A DNA stretch of 62,844 bases, the filler included, from Octopus bimaculoides (lineage: Eukaryota), in assembly GCF_001194135.2 (NCBI RefSeq). It is 4 parts of 4 records of this genome, joined end to end, with 100 filler letters (N's around TTAATTAATTAA, not from the genome) between each part and the next. Parts side by side here need not be neighbours in the genome. Positions count along the whole stretch, not along the records: positions 46,226 to 60,261 come from NC_068987.1; positions 60,362 to 62,844 come from NW_026309580.1; 2 more parts are not named here. One strand, given 5' to 3'. The number at the start of each line of letters is the position of its first letter. The first letter of the stretch is position 1. This document shows, piece after piece, positions 52,104 to 62,844 of the stretch. A program made the position numbers and the translations under genes. The notes beneath the pieces were generated by a model. It ran no database searches. It was not told the origin of the DNA and saw only the letters and a list, made by a program, of their open reading frames with translations.

Positions 52104-52520
52104 AGGCGTATCTGTGCGGCTAAGAAGTTTACGTCCCAGTCATATGGTCTTGGATTCAGTCCCTCCGTGTGATGCTTCGAGTAAGTGTCTTCTACTATTG
52201 CACTGTAACCACAGGTCGATCAAAGTGAGTGAATTTGGTTGACAGAAACTGAAAGAAGCACCTCTTATGTATACGTATGTATATATATATATATATGTGT
52301 ATGTGTGTATCTTTATGATTATCCTCCAACAACGTTTGACAAACCACCGGTAGTGGTTTGTTCGTGTCTCCATAAATTGGCGGTTCATTTCAGTAAAAGA
52401 AACCGGTATCATAAGTACCAGACTTAAAAACATGAAGTACTGGATCTATTTGTTCGACTAAACCTTTCAAGGCGGTGCCTCAGCAAGGCCTCAAACCAAT
52501 AACTGAAAGAAATAAAGGAT
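52104..52520 (+). mobile_element. tRNA-derived SINE with internal microsatellite
   Basis: Both halves homologous to 15295-15697. Confidence 0.7.
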
Positions 52521-52552
52521 CATAGATACAAACACACAGACACAGAACACAT

Positions 52553-52617
<65 letters not shown>

Positions 52618-53295
52618 NNNNNNNNNNNNNNNNNNNNNNNNNNNNNNNNNNNNNNNNNNNNNNNNNNNNNNNNNNNNNNNNNNNNNNNNNNNNNNNNNNN
52701 NNNNNNNNNNNNNNNNNNNNNNNNNNNNNNNNNNNNNNNNNNNNNNNNNNNNNNNNNNNNNNNNNNNNNNNNNNNNNNNNNNNNNNNNNNNNNNNNNNNN
52801 NNNNNNNNNNNNNNNNNNNNNNNNNNNNNNNNNNNNNNNNNNNNNNNNNNNNNNNNNNNNNNNNNNNNNNNNNNNNNNNNNNNNNNNNNNNNNNNNNNNN
52901 NNNNNNNNNNNNNNNNNNNNNNNNNNNNNNNNNNNNNNNNNNNNNNNNNNNNNNNNNNNNNNNNNNNNNNNNNNNNNNNNNNNNNNNNNNNNNNNNNNNN
53001 NNNNNNNNNNNNNNNNNNNNNNNNNNNNNNNNNNNNNNNNNNNNNNNNNNNNNNNNNNNNNNNNNNNNNNNNNNNNNNNNNNNNNNNNNNNNNNNNNNNN
53101 NNNNNNNNNNNNNNNNNNNNNNNNNNNNNNNNNNNNNNNNNNNNNNNNNNNNNNNNNNNNNNNNNNNNNNNNNNNNNNNNNNNNNNNNNNNNNNNNNNNN
53201 NNNNNNNNNNNNNNNNNNNNNNNNNNNNNNNNNNNNNNNNNNNNNNNNNNNNNNNNNNNNNNNNNNNNNNNNNNNNNNNNNNNNNNNNNNNNNNN

Positions 53296-53341
<46 letters not shown>

Positions 53342-53693
53342 TCATCATTATATATACATACATATGACAGATCGTAAGGTCGTGGGTACCAGTGCTAGAC
53401 CGGGCGGCTCGTTACGTCTTTGAAAATATGTACCACCAGCAACTGATGCTAGTTGTGACTTTGGGGGCTAGCCTTGCAACTCGCTATGCCTCGTTCAAGA
53501 GGCAATCTTATATTGTCAGTCGCTTACACGCCATGGAAACTGGGTATGCTCCAGCCAAAAAGAACGCGAGGACTTAATTAACTAATAACTAATTAACTAA
53601 TTAACTAATATACACATTTATATGATGCACAGAATTATTGCTGGAATTTGGCAAAAGTCATTAAGCAATCGCTGTTAATTAATCGTCTTAAGA

Positions 53694-54105
53694 CGGCGAG
53701 GTGGCAGAATCAGGCTCTTTGTGTTATGACTTCAAATGCCGCCGAGGTCGACTTTACTTTTTATTCTTACAAGGTCGATAAAATAAGTATCACTTAAGTA
53801 CTGGTATCGATGTGATCAATTTGCACCGCATCTTAAAATGCTGGCCTTGTTCCAAAATTAAAAAGGATTAATCATCTTAATTTTGTTCAATCATATTTCA
53901 AATTTAAAGCGGTGATCTGGCAGAATTGTTTGTACGTTGGGCAAAATGCTTATTGGCATTTCGTCCATCTTCACTTTCTGAGTTCAAATTCCGCCCTAAA
54001 ACTTTCGGGGTCGATAAAATAAGTACCAGTTGAATACTGGTGTCGCAGTAATCAACTTAACCCCTCCCCCAAACTTGCTGGCCTGTTGCCAAAATCTGAA
54101 ACCAA
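53694..54105 (+). mobile_element. Two tandem SINE copies
   Basis: gacggcgaggtggcagaatc...gccgaggtcgac and ctggcagaattg...ttcaaattccgcc...ggggtcgataaaataagtacc. Confidence 0.75.
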
Positions 54106-54213
54106 TAACACTTCAAATAATTCAAGAATGCTTAAAATTTATATTGTATTTTGAAACTTTTGCAAAAATATTTACGAATATCGGGTGAAAGTATCAAAAA
54201 CTCCTGTATCTAC

Positions 54214-54301
54214 CTGTAGTGAGGTGTTGTGATGGTCGGAGATGTAAGATATTTGACCTCACTCTTTACAGCAACCAAGCTGATTGGACCGCATATGCTT
54301 C
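54214..54301 (-). CDS. CUB-domain gene exon 4 (CUB2 first part): (R)SICGPISLVAVKSEVKYLTSPTITTPHY(R)
   Basis: Acceptor cttgtttgtatttgtAG, donor GTagat, 88 nt phase 1-2; CG...LTSP..(P)xY motif; phases join exon 3 and exon 5. Confidence 0.85.
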
Positions 54302-54477
54302 CTACAAATACAAACAAGATGTCGCTCATTTGACCATTCTACAAATAAACCGAGGAAAACAAAAATGAAATAAAACTCGGTCCCTTCCCGCTTTGTTCCC
54401 AAAATTGAAATTCTGAAAAAATCTAATCAAAGATATTAAAAGTAAAATCTCAAAAAACATTTAGTCGAATAAAAGTA

Positions 54478-55384
54478 CAGTACCGTGCAAAAGTTTTCGG
54501 CCACTTTAAACTATTGTGAATTTCTATAACTGCCAACTTATAAGTCGATGTTTCGCATCGCGTTTTTTACAGATGAAGTACTGGCTCTGTCGGAGTCATT
54601 TCTATACCTAATCATTATATTTTGTAGTAGGGATTCTGAATGAGAGAGGAAGATGCGAGACGACCACCAAAAATGGCCGTGCAAAAGTTTTCGGCCGCCT
54701 CACATAAACCAATCAAGATACAGTGTTTTAAAACAGAAAAATGTCTACAATGAAAATTTATTACATAATGTTCATTTCAAGAAGTTACTGTACATCGTTA
54801 ATATTTCGTTAATATTTACGTCAATTTTAATCAACTTTCTTGAACCAACACTTTTTATGTATTCTTAGAGCATCAGACTCTTACCCCCAAACTTCACTGT
54901 TTTCATCATGTAACATGGTTTCATTTTTTAATAAGTGAGAATTTGTCAGAAGGCCTCCAGGAAAGCGAAACGGCCCACGATACACGACGAAAATAGTGAA
55001 GTTTGGAGGTAAGAGTCTGATGCATTGGGAATACATGAAAAGTGATGGTTCAAGAAAATTTGTTAAAATTGATGGTAACTTGAATAGTGCCAAATACATC
55101 CAGTTGCTGAAGGGCAATTTGATACCAGACTTGGATGAAGGGGAAATTTTTCAGTATGACAGCTGCATGCCACAGATCGCGTACAATACAACAGAGACTG
55201 GCTGATGAAGGTGTTATCGTATTGAAAGATTGGCCAGCTCAGAGCCCTGACTTAAATATCATCGAGCAAATGTGGACAGAACTAAAGGGAAGAGTTTGTC
55301 AGAAGAATCCACGCAATCTTGAAGAGTTGTGGGAGTTCAGCCAGAGAGAATGGCAAGGCATAGCTGTGAAAATGGTGAAGGATT
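54478..55384. mobile_element. Rearranged Tc1-family (DD34E) element with IR/DR-type terminus and inverted coding duplication
   Basis: TA-cagtaccgtgcaaaagttttcggcc, with the inner repeat again at ~54677; + strand VKFGG..DGNLNS..FQYD..WPAQSPDLNIIE; 54819-54912 is an inverted homologue of 54981-55074. Confidence 0.85.
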
Positions 55385-56069
55385 NNNNNNNNNNNNNNNN
55401 NNNNNNNNNNNNNNNNNNNNNNNNNNNNNNNNNNNNNNNNNNNNNNNNNNNNNNNNNNNNNNNNNNNNNNNNNNNNNNNNNNNNNNNNNNNNNNNNNNNN
55501 NNNNNNNNNNNNNNNNNNNNNNNNNNNNNNNNNNNNNNNNNNNNNNNNNNNNNNNNNNNNNNNNNNNNNNNNNNNNNNNNNNNNNNNNNNNNNNNNNNNN
55601 NNNNNNNNNNNNNNNNNNNNNNNNNNNNNNNNNNNNNNNNNNNNNNNNNNNNNNNNNNNNNNNNNNNNNNNNNNNNNNNNNNNNNNNNNNNNNNNNNNNN
55701 NNNNNNNNNNNNNNNNNNNNNNNNNNNNNNNNNNNNNNNNNNNNNNNNNNNNNNNNNNNNNNNNNNNNNNNNNNNNNNNNNNNNNNNNNNNNNNNNNNNN
55801 NNNNNNNNNNNNNNNNNNNNNNNNNNNNNNNNNNNNNNNNNNNNNNNNNNNNNNNNNNNNNNNNNNNNNNNNNNNNNNNNNNNNNNNNNNNNNNNNNNNN
55901 NNNNNNNNNNNNNNNNNNNNNNNNNNNNNNNNNNNNNNNNNNNNNNNNNNNNNNNNNNNNNNNNNNNNNNNNNNNNNNNNNTGTGTGTGTGTGTGTAACA
56001 TATGGTATAATTATAAACAGGGCAAACTTTAGCCATTTCTCTGCAGACTGAAAAAAAAATGATTAACAA

Positions 56070-56111
56070 CCTTAATCGATTGTTCGAATCTTATTGGGTT
56101 CTCATCAGAGG
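56070..56111 (-). ncRNA. Minimal hammerhead motif (UUA site, one extra C in GAAA)
   Basis: rc CCU-CUGAUGA-GAACCCAAUAAGAUUC-GAA(C)A-A-UCGA-U-UA-AGG: stem I CCU/AGG, stem II GAA/UUC, palindromic loop III UCGA. Confidence 0.55.
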
Positions 56112-57359
56112 AGTCTACATTATCCTGACAGTCTCGAAAGAAACAAGCACCCAAACTGTTTATATATTCAACAAATGCAGCAGTTACTCTATGAAGGTGT
56201 CCCTAATTTGCATACCGAAAGTGTTTAACACTCTATATATGCCAGCGGCCTGTCAACGGGGATCTTAGCCCACACAGTATGAAGGTATTACATTATATAT
56301 ATGTAACATATATATGATAATAATTATATATATGGTTACTATGATATATGATTACTATGATAATGATTACTATGATATTTAGTGCTGAACATATTTTTAA
56401 TAGATATGGACTTTTCTAATCATTTCTTTTATTTACTTTAATTTGTATTGAAAATTCTCCTTGAGAACTAAATATTGAATAAGATTATTCCAGTCGCGAA
56501 CATCTTGACATATTTTTAGGTATAGCGTATTCCAGAGTGCTATAGGCAATGTCTTCTAACATCATTTGTAAAACGGCGAAGTATGATTTACTGTTATATA
56601 TAACAAGTTCGTTGATCATTTCACTGTTATAGTGTTAACCTATGAAAGTTAATAAATAATGAGGAATCCGATGGTCTAACTTCACCATGGATTTTAATTA
56701 GTATGCGTACGCTTGAGTAAGGTTTATTTTCGTGTGGAAGACTGACAGTTGTCTGTACATGCAAGTCTCTTCTCTCCACTGCTACCGGTGTAGACTAAAA
56801 GAAACCTTGTCACTTTAAGGCTAATACAACCACGGCACTAGTAACTTCACAGAGTGCAAAGATCTGGAACAGACATCGCAAGGTATCCACTTGTCTCTCT
56901 GTCAGTTCCGCCAATCCACTGCCTTAGGTTAGTATTTTTTCACCGACCCAAAAATGGTGCAAAGTTTAAACTCAAAGTTCAGAGAATGGAAAAATGTACA
57001 GCGAGTTGTTAAATATAGGGCTCTAACAGCTCTGCAAATTTGCCATCTTTGTGACAAAACAGCATATAATTTCTAGCAATTAGCTCCTGAAACCTGATGG
57101 TCAAACATATTTCTATGGGTAATATTGGTGCAAGGCAATATATCCACTGTATAGTTGTTTGAATCGACGTATATTTTATGATAAGTACTTATTTAGAGAC
57201 TCGGAGGGGCGATAAGCGAGATGAACGCCAGCAACGATTGAAATTGGAACTTAGAATTTACGCAGTTTCATACCATCAGGTACCGATGTATCTTGCATGA
57301 TACCGTTTTTGTTATACAACACCATTCGACAAACAATAATTTGGAGATAGAAAACTTAC

Positions 57360-57512
57360 GTGGGTCAACTGATCTGAGTCTGAATTTAAACCCTCTGTAT
57401 TCATAGGAAACATCTGTATGGAATTCAATCCGAATTACAGATTGACTGCTTAGGATGTTTGGCTTCTCTCTTCCACACCAACGTTTTATTAAAGAAGAAT
57501 TCGATTGATTAC
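57360..57512 (-). CDS. CUB-domain gene exon 3 (CUB1 last part): (G)NQSNSSLIKRWCGREKPNILSSQSVIRIEFHTDVSYEYRGFKFRLRSVDP
   Basis: Acceptor ttttccttcttttcAG, donor GTaagt, 153 nt phase 1-1; WCG..P..SS..I.F.TD.S...GF CUB motif. Confidence 0.93.
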
Positions 57513-57560
57513 CTGAAAAGAAGGAAAACCAGAAAAAAGCAGCATGTAATTCATTTACGT

Positions 57561-57601
<41 letters not shown>

Positions 57602-58270
57602 CGAACTAATTTCTTTTCGTCCATTTAAGCTAAATTTCTATTTGACTAAAATACTGATCTGCCGCCAACATAACGTCAAATGAAATTGCCATTTCTGCAA
57701 ATAATTATATTTACACAATGGGAGTTTCACTATAATTTAATTGGTCTTGGGAAATTTCCTGTTGTAACATATTTGACTGCACAAAGTACGAATGTACATT
57801 TAATTCAACACTGTATTCAAGACCAATACAATTATTTCTGAACCACTTAGAATGAACAAACATTGTCAGCTCTATATTATTGCAAGTGACGAAAAATTTG
57901 CTTGGCCTGAAGACATTAACTCATACTGGGCGCTCTTTAAATACTAGAAATTATCCGTACAGTATTTTTTCTATTAGATTGTTGTTTGAGTTTTATGAGG
58001 CCCTTCCTTTTACCAAATCTGTTTTTTCTTGAATTACTCCTAAATTATAGTCGTAAGTGAACTTCAAAAATTTTTTATATGCTTTTTACTGAACCAGTAG
58101 CGCTGCACATTTTAAAGCTTATTTAACTTTATAGTTATGCTCACTTTCATCAGAATCTCTTGGAGTGGCCCAATGGTGCGAGCACGACTGATTCTTTAAA
58201 AACACATAAAACATATTTTATAAGATTGCAGAACAGCTTATGTCACAAACATTTTTTTTTTAAAGCTTAC

Positions 58271-58395
58271 CATCATAAATGGCCAGAGAATCATAAACAC
58301 ATTCAACAGATTCTTCAATTTCCGAGTCGTCTACTTGTAACTCCACAAAATGAATAGGATTTTGAGCTTCGATTATCCACGTGCAAGTTACGTTC
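58271..58395 (-). CDS. CUB-domain gene exon 2 (CUB1 middle): NVTCTWIIEAQNPIHFVELQVDDSEIEESVECVYDSLAIYD(G)
   Basis: Acceptor atattttttccAG, donor GTaagc, 125 nt phase 2-1; CxWxI and E...C.YD.L.IYDG motifs. Confidence 0.95.
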
Positions 58396-58647
58396 CTGGA
58401 AAAAATATTTTCTAAAATCTTTAAAAAATATATTGCCTGAGTTTTGATGTTCTAAAAGATATGCTTAAAATATATGATTCAATTGTAGGTTAGTAAAACA
58501 AGTTTAGACGTTATGATGAAAGTTATTGTCTTGATTCGAAGAATGTACGATATCTGCAAAATTGCAAGAGTCTTTGAAAAATATCTAGTTCACAATTAAT
58601 CTTATAAGCATAATGAAAGCAAAAATGATAAAAGCAGAGTAGCTTAC

Positions 58648-58741
58648 CCCTCATAGACCATTGGATAATAAGGGGAAGTAAGAGTGTGCCATATGTTCTT
58701 CAGAACTGTTATATAAATCGGTTTCTCGCAGACAGTATCAG
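58648..58741 (-). CDS. CUB-domain gene exon 1 of those found (CUB1 first part): DTVCEKPIYITVLKNIWHTLTSPYYPMVYE(G)
   Basis: Acceptor tttcttcattttcgtcAG, donor GTaagc, 94 nt phase 1-2; C...LTSPxYPxxY motif. Confidence 0.92.
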
Positions 58742-59899
58742 CTGACGAAAATGAAGAAACATAAACTTTAATTCTTGACTACGATATTAATCAAACGCTT
58801 ATATCCAGTATTTATAGCAAACGTATTTCTAAAACTGGTGCAGAAGCAAAATAATCAAAGATAATCAAAGCAATATAATCAAAGAGCTAAGCAAAAGGGA
58901 AAATATTACGTAGTTTGAAGAATTTTAGAATTCTTGAAAATAAATGCAAACAAACAAAAGCAACAAAAAAACAAAAAAGTAACTTGAAAGGTGAATTTAC
59001 TCTGATGACAGTTCTGTGTAAACTCTTGGAATTTAGGGGTCGAGGGCGCTAGCACAGCCATATCTTAGTATAACTGATCTATATTAAACAGACCAAAAGT
59101 TTAATATCGTGTTCAGGTGAACTATATCGTTCTGGTAATGGAATGAAGGAGAAGTTTGTGATTTAAATTAAGCTTTTGTTGTGAGGGGAAAATATAATAA
59201 TAGAATAGCTATACTAGATTGTTACCCTACTTTGGAAAGTGAAGTCCCTTTCAGAGGCGGGGAATTATTACAGCATTGGCATGAAAAACAAACAGGTGAT
59301 TGTTATAATAAAAAATGTTATATAACTAAGAATATTAATTAGAATTATACAAGTGGTGAAGAGAAACTAACACGAGCTTAATGAGTAATTCGGGACATTA
59401 AACACAAGGGAGAGAACTCCGTAATTTTAATTAAAATGGATTAAAAATTGAATGGGGCCATGCAGCAGTGACTGTCTGAACTTTGATGACAATTCATATT
59501 ACCAAATTTTACAGTGACGTTTCTAAATATTCTAGACAATGTTTGGTGTTATTAGCATTTTCTAGAGTAAACTTTGTGAGGGAGAGGACATTGTCTAAAA
59601 CATTAGTGGTATGATGACGTTGTTCTCAAAATATAATTTCCTACTGAAAGTTGCAAACTGATAATAATAATGCTTAGCGAAATACCGCTAAGCATTACGT
59701 CCAGCGTGCTAACGATTCTACCACCTCGCCGCCTTAGTAATGATAATAAAGCGCGAAGGATGAGGGGGACAATATAGAGACAGACATGAAGTGTGAGGGT
59801 TTACATATAATAATGAAATGATTAAAAAAGTAAGTATGCACGGTATACACTGAAAAAGAAGGGACACATGCATGTCATACAAAGGTTAAAAAAGAAAAT

Positions 59900-60261
59900 T
59901 AGCGGAGGGATGATAGAGATGTGGCCCTCCTGACACAGGAATGCCTCTAGGGATAATCGAGGAATCCCACTATCCGGGATTTCCCTGAAACCCTAAGAGC
60001 AAGCGCCCTTTTCAATTCCTTCTCTCCAACTCACAGGTCTGCACTTAGAGAGGTACCATCCATTCTTACCATTTTTGCAACATTCACCCACCTTTCAATA
60101 AACTCACTCGAGAGCAGCACTTTCCACTCCACTCTCAGTTTCCTTTTCAAGTGAAACTTGAAGAATTCAATGAGAGCTCTACCAAAGAGGAATGTATCTG
60201 TTCTCATGCTTTTCAGCCTTGTCCATCAAACAACCTTTTTCGCCACAGCCACCAGGCAAAG
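59900..60261 (-). mobile_element. Tx1/L1-like LINE ORF2 C-terminus and 3' UTR
   Basis: rc LCLVAVAKKVV*WTRLK..LIEFFKFHLKRKLRVEWKVL..F.ERWVNVAKMVRMDG..L* ending at 60031; clade assignment is by recollected motif similarity only. Confidence 0.55.
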
Positions 60262-60305
60262 NNNNNNNNNNNNNNNNNNNNNNNNNNNNNNNNNNNNNNN
60301 NNNNN

Positions 60306-60317
60306 TTAATTAATTAA
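60306..60317. other. Artificial scaffold-join linker
   Basis: 44 N + TTAATTAATTAA + 44 N. Confidence 0.95.
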
Positions 60318-60752
60318 NNNNNNNNNNNNNNNNNNNNNNNNNNNNNNNNNNNNNNNNNNNNATATATATGTGTATATATATGTACATATATATATATATA
60401 TATTTATATATGTATATATATGCATAACATAAGTTTATTCTAAGTAATTATTCATTTTAGAAAATATGCTTAGACAGTGAGACTCATAAAATACTTTGCA
60501 GGTTTTCTGTTCCTTCCTTCCTTCCTTTATTTTTTTCTCTCTGTCCCTCCTTCTCACTTTCTTTCCTTTCCTTTCTTTCGTTTTTTTCTCTGTTTTTTTT
60601 CTCTTCTTTCCTTGTCTTCCTTCTTTTCCTCTTTGTTATTTCTGTTATCCTTTTTTTCTGTCGTTTGTTCTTTTATCTTATTTTTGTTGTTGTTGTTGTT
60701 GTTGTTGTTATATTGTTTTGATATTTGTTTTTGTTTTTTTTATTTATATTTT

Positions 60753-61088
60753 TCAAGATGGCGATGAAAATCAAAATGCAATGATTGGAAACTTAATTTC
60801 ATCAAATTAAATAAACACATGGAAGGAGTGGGCGTGACAAAGAAAACACTAACAAACATGGTTAGGCAAAGAGAGAGGGAGAGAGAGAGAGAGAGAGTGT
60901 GTGTGTGTGTGAGTAAAGAACGCGCACACAAACGTAGCCCACCCCTCCCTTCCTTACTCACATACAGACGCTGATAGTCTATGTTTTCTTCGTCTTTCTT
61001 TCGTCACTCCTCCTTCTTCTTTGTATACATTTTATTCTATGAAATTCTGTTTCCGATCATTGCATTTTGATTTTCGTAGCCATCTTGA
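60753..61088. repeat. ~50-bp inverted repeat pair (MITE-like)
   Basis: tcaagatggcgatgaaaatcaaaatgcaatgattggaaacttaatttcat vs rc of 61039-61088, 5 mismatches. Confidence 0.7.
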
Positions 61089-61939
61089 NNNNNNNNNNNN
61101 NNNNNNNNNNNNNNNNNNNNNNNNNNNNNNNNNNNNNNNNNNNNNNNNNNNNNNNNNNNNNNNNNNNNNNNNNNNNNNNNNNNNNNNNNNNNNNNNNNNN
61201 NNNNNNNNNNNNNNNNNNNNNNNNNNNNNNNNNNNNNNNNNNNNNNNNNNNNNNNNNNNNNNNNNNNNNNNNNNNNNNNNNNNNNNNNNNNNNNNNNNNN
61301 NNNNNNNNNNNNNNNNNNNNNNNNNNNNNNNNNNNNNNNNNNNNNNNNNNNNNNNNNNNNNNNNNCTAATAACTGAAAAAAAAAATAAATGAAAACGGGA
61401 AAAAAGGAAGGAAAAAAGAGACAAAAAAAACAGTAATGAATTTGATGAGTTTGTATTGGTTGGTACTCTGGTAATGATTGTCGGAGCGTCAACCTTGTAC
61501 CATTATGTAAATGAGCCGCGCCTGGCAACATTTTGTTTGCATATTTAATAATAGACGCGGCGCAGCCATGGCTGGTTGGTGATGGTGGTGGCGGTAGTGG
61601 TGGTGGTGGTGGTGGTAGTAGTGGTGGTGGTAGTGGTGGTTAAGAAGTCAATTTCGTATCTGTGTGGTTTCGCGTTCGATACTATTTGTATGGCAGTACT
61701 GTCTGAGCAAAAGTTGTCTGCTATCATAGATTCCAATAAAAATTTGGTAGATGGGAAATGTATCGGAAGCTCAGTGTTCTTCGATGCTAGATTAGCTATC
61801 ATCTAGCGTCGCCGCTATGTTCAGCATTGTCACCTGGGACATAGGTTGCCGTTAATGGAGTTCGTTTCATTGTAAGTATCTAAGACTGGTCTCAGATTTG
61901 AGGTTAATTACCTCCTTTGCTTCAGGTACTCACTAAGAT

Positions 61940-62530
61940 TATGTTCTCGCGGGCCCTTAGAATTTTCCAGTTCAGAGATCTTGATATCATAATCCTTTTC
62001 TTCTTTCCGATACAGCTGCCTATTGTAGTCTCCTTACACAAAACAGAAACATGAGAATTGATGCACCCCAGAGATTAGTCATAAAAAAATAATTTTAATA
62101 AATGGAATAACAAGCCTTCATTATTGGGATCGCCTCAAAAAAAGCTCAAACTTTATTCTTTCCAACGTCGCTACAAGTTGCTACGTCATTTGCATCATGT
62201 GAAAACTATTTCACCAGTAGTGTTCAAACGGTGCCGGTTTCTAGTTCACAAGTCACCAAGACGTGGTCCCAGAGTCACACACTCCTTACAAACCAACAAA
62301 TATCGATCTCACATCACGATATTATTGCAACACAACTCATTGTCTTTCATCGACCGCTCTCACTTAATTCAACATTATTCTGAAAGAAATCAAAGAAGCA
62401 AAATATACCCCACAACATTAAAACAGCACCTGAACAAATTTCTCCAAGAAATACCAGGAACAACTAATATCAGCAAACAACTCCCTAATCAAATGGCTTA
62501 CGATGTTCCAAAACATGACTAATCCAGGTC
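61940..62530 (+). mobile_element. CR1-group LINE ORF2 C-terminal remnant
   Basis: ALRIFQFRD.., YSCLL*SPY, GITSLHYWDRLKK/LKLYSFQRR, LNKFLQEIP, with frameshifts. Confidence 0.78.
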
Positions 62531-62671
62531 GTCTCCGGGTAAATCTTTTGTCTCAGAGGCTAGTGAAGGGGTCATGAAGTTTCCTTTACTTGTCTAACTT
62601 ATATAAATATACATTAGACTTTCGGTACTTCACCTCAGTATATGTCACACAGTATGTCGCACCGAGTCTGC

Positions 62672-62844
62672 AGGAGTAACAGTGTGGTAAGAAGCTTGCT
62701 TCCTAACTACATGGTTACTGGCTCAGTTCCACTGCGTGGCACCATCAGCAGGTGTCTTCTACTATAGCCTCGGTACGACCACAGCCTTGTGAGTGGATTT
62801 GATATACGAAAACTGAAGGAAGCCCGTCGTATATCTATATATAT
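62672..62844 (+). mobile_element. tRNA-derived SINE 5' half (cut by window end)
   Basis: gcaggagtaacagtgtggtaagaagcttgcttcc...gtgtcttctactatagcctcgg...aactgaaggaagcccgtcgtatat. Confidence 0.85.

Noticed and set aside
59001-59131. Upstream CUB exon candidate, and a U2 snRNA-like word (agtttaatatc)
   Set aside because: All frames from the good acceptor hit stops; the U2 similarity is about 11 nt with no branch-pairing or Sm site context
59515-59600. NVLSLTKFTLENANNTKHCLEYLE resembling a CUB middle exon
   Set aside because: No CxW motif, wrong phases, only weak donors before a stop
61934-62032. 99-nt phase 1-1 minus-strand exon candidate with good sites, and an overlapping signal-peptide-like MTNLWGASILMFLFC
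   Set aside because: Lies antisense within the CR1 LINE remnant, a common source of cryptic sites; no independent support

Overview
Gappy, AT-rich, microsatellite- and SINE-dense eukaryotic DNA. The repeat content suggests an octopod cephalopod (inference, not verified). Three artificial 100-bp joins (44 N + TTAATTAATTAA + 44 N) split the window into four scaffold pieces, so long-range order is uncertain. Almost all ORFs in the supplied track are microsatellite or gap artefacts. Reading splice sites directly reveals two intron-containing genes. (1) Two + strand exons of a gelsolin/villin-family gene (37613-37684, 40359-40436; WDIHFWLG...DEQGVAAYKTVELDDHLGGAPVQYRE); the flanking exons were not found. 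(2) Five phase-compatible - strand exons (58741 to 46421) encoding one complete and one partial CUB domain. The rest is mobile DNA: two mariners, a rearranged Tc1, a Tigger/pogo, R4/Dong-like, RTE, CR1 and Tx1-like LINE ends, Penelope-like remnants, many tRNA-derived SINEs and a decayed tRNA-Ala. The most unusual signal is a set of minimal type I hammerhead-ribozyme motifs (3007-3077, 50888-50924, 56070-56111, degenerate 30993-31036) in Penelope-type fragments next to microsatellites. One has a non-canonical CUGUUGA+A core, and one lies sense inside a CUB-gene intron. No ribozyme activity or expression can be shown from sequence alone.
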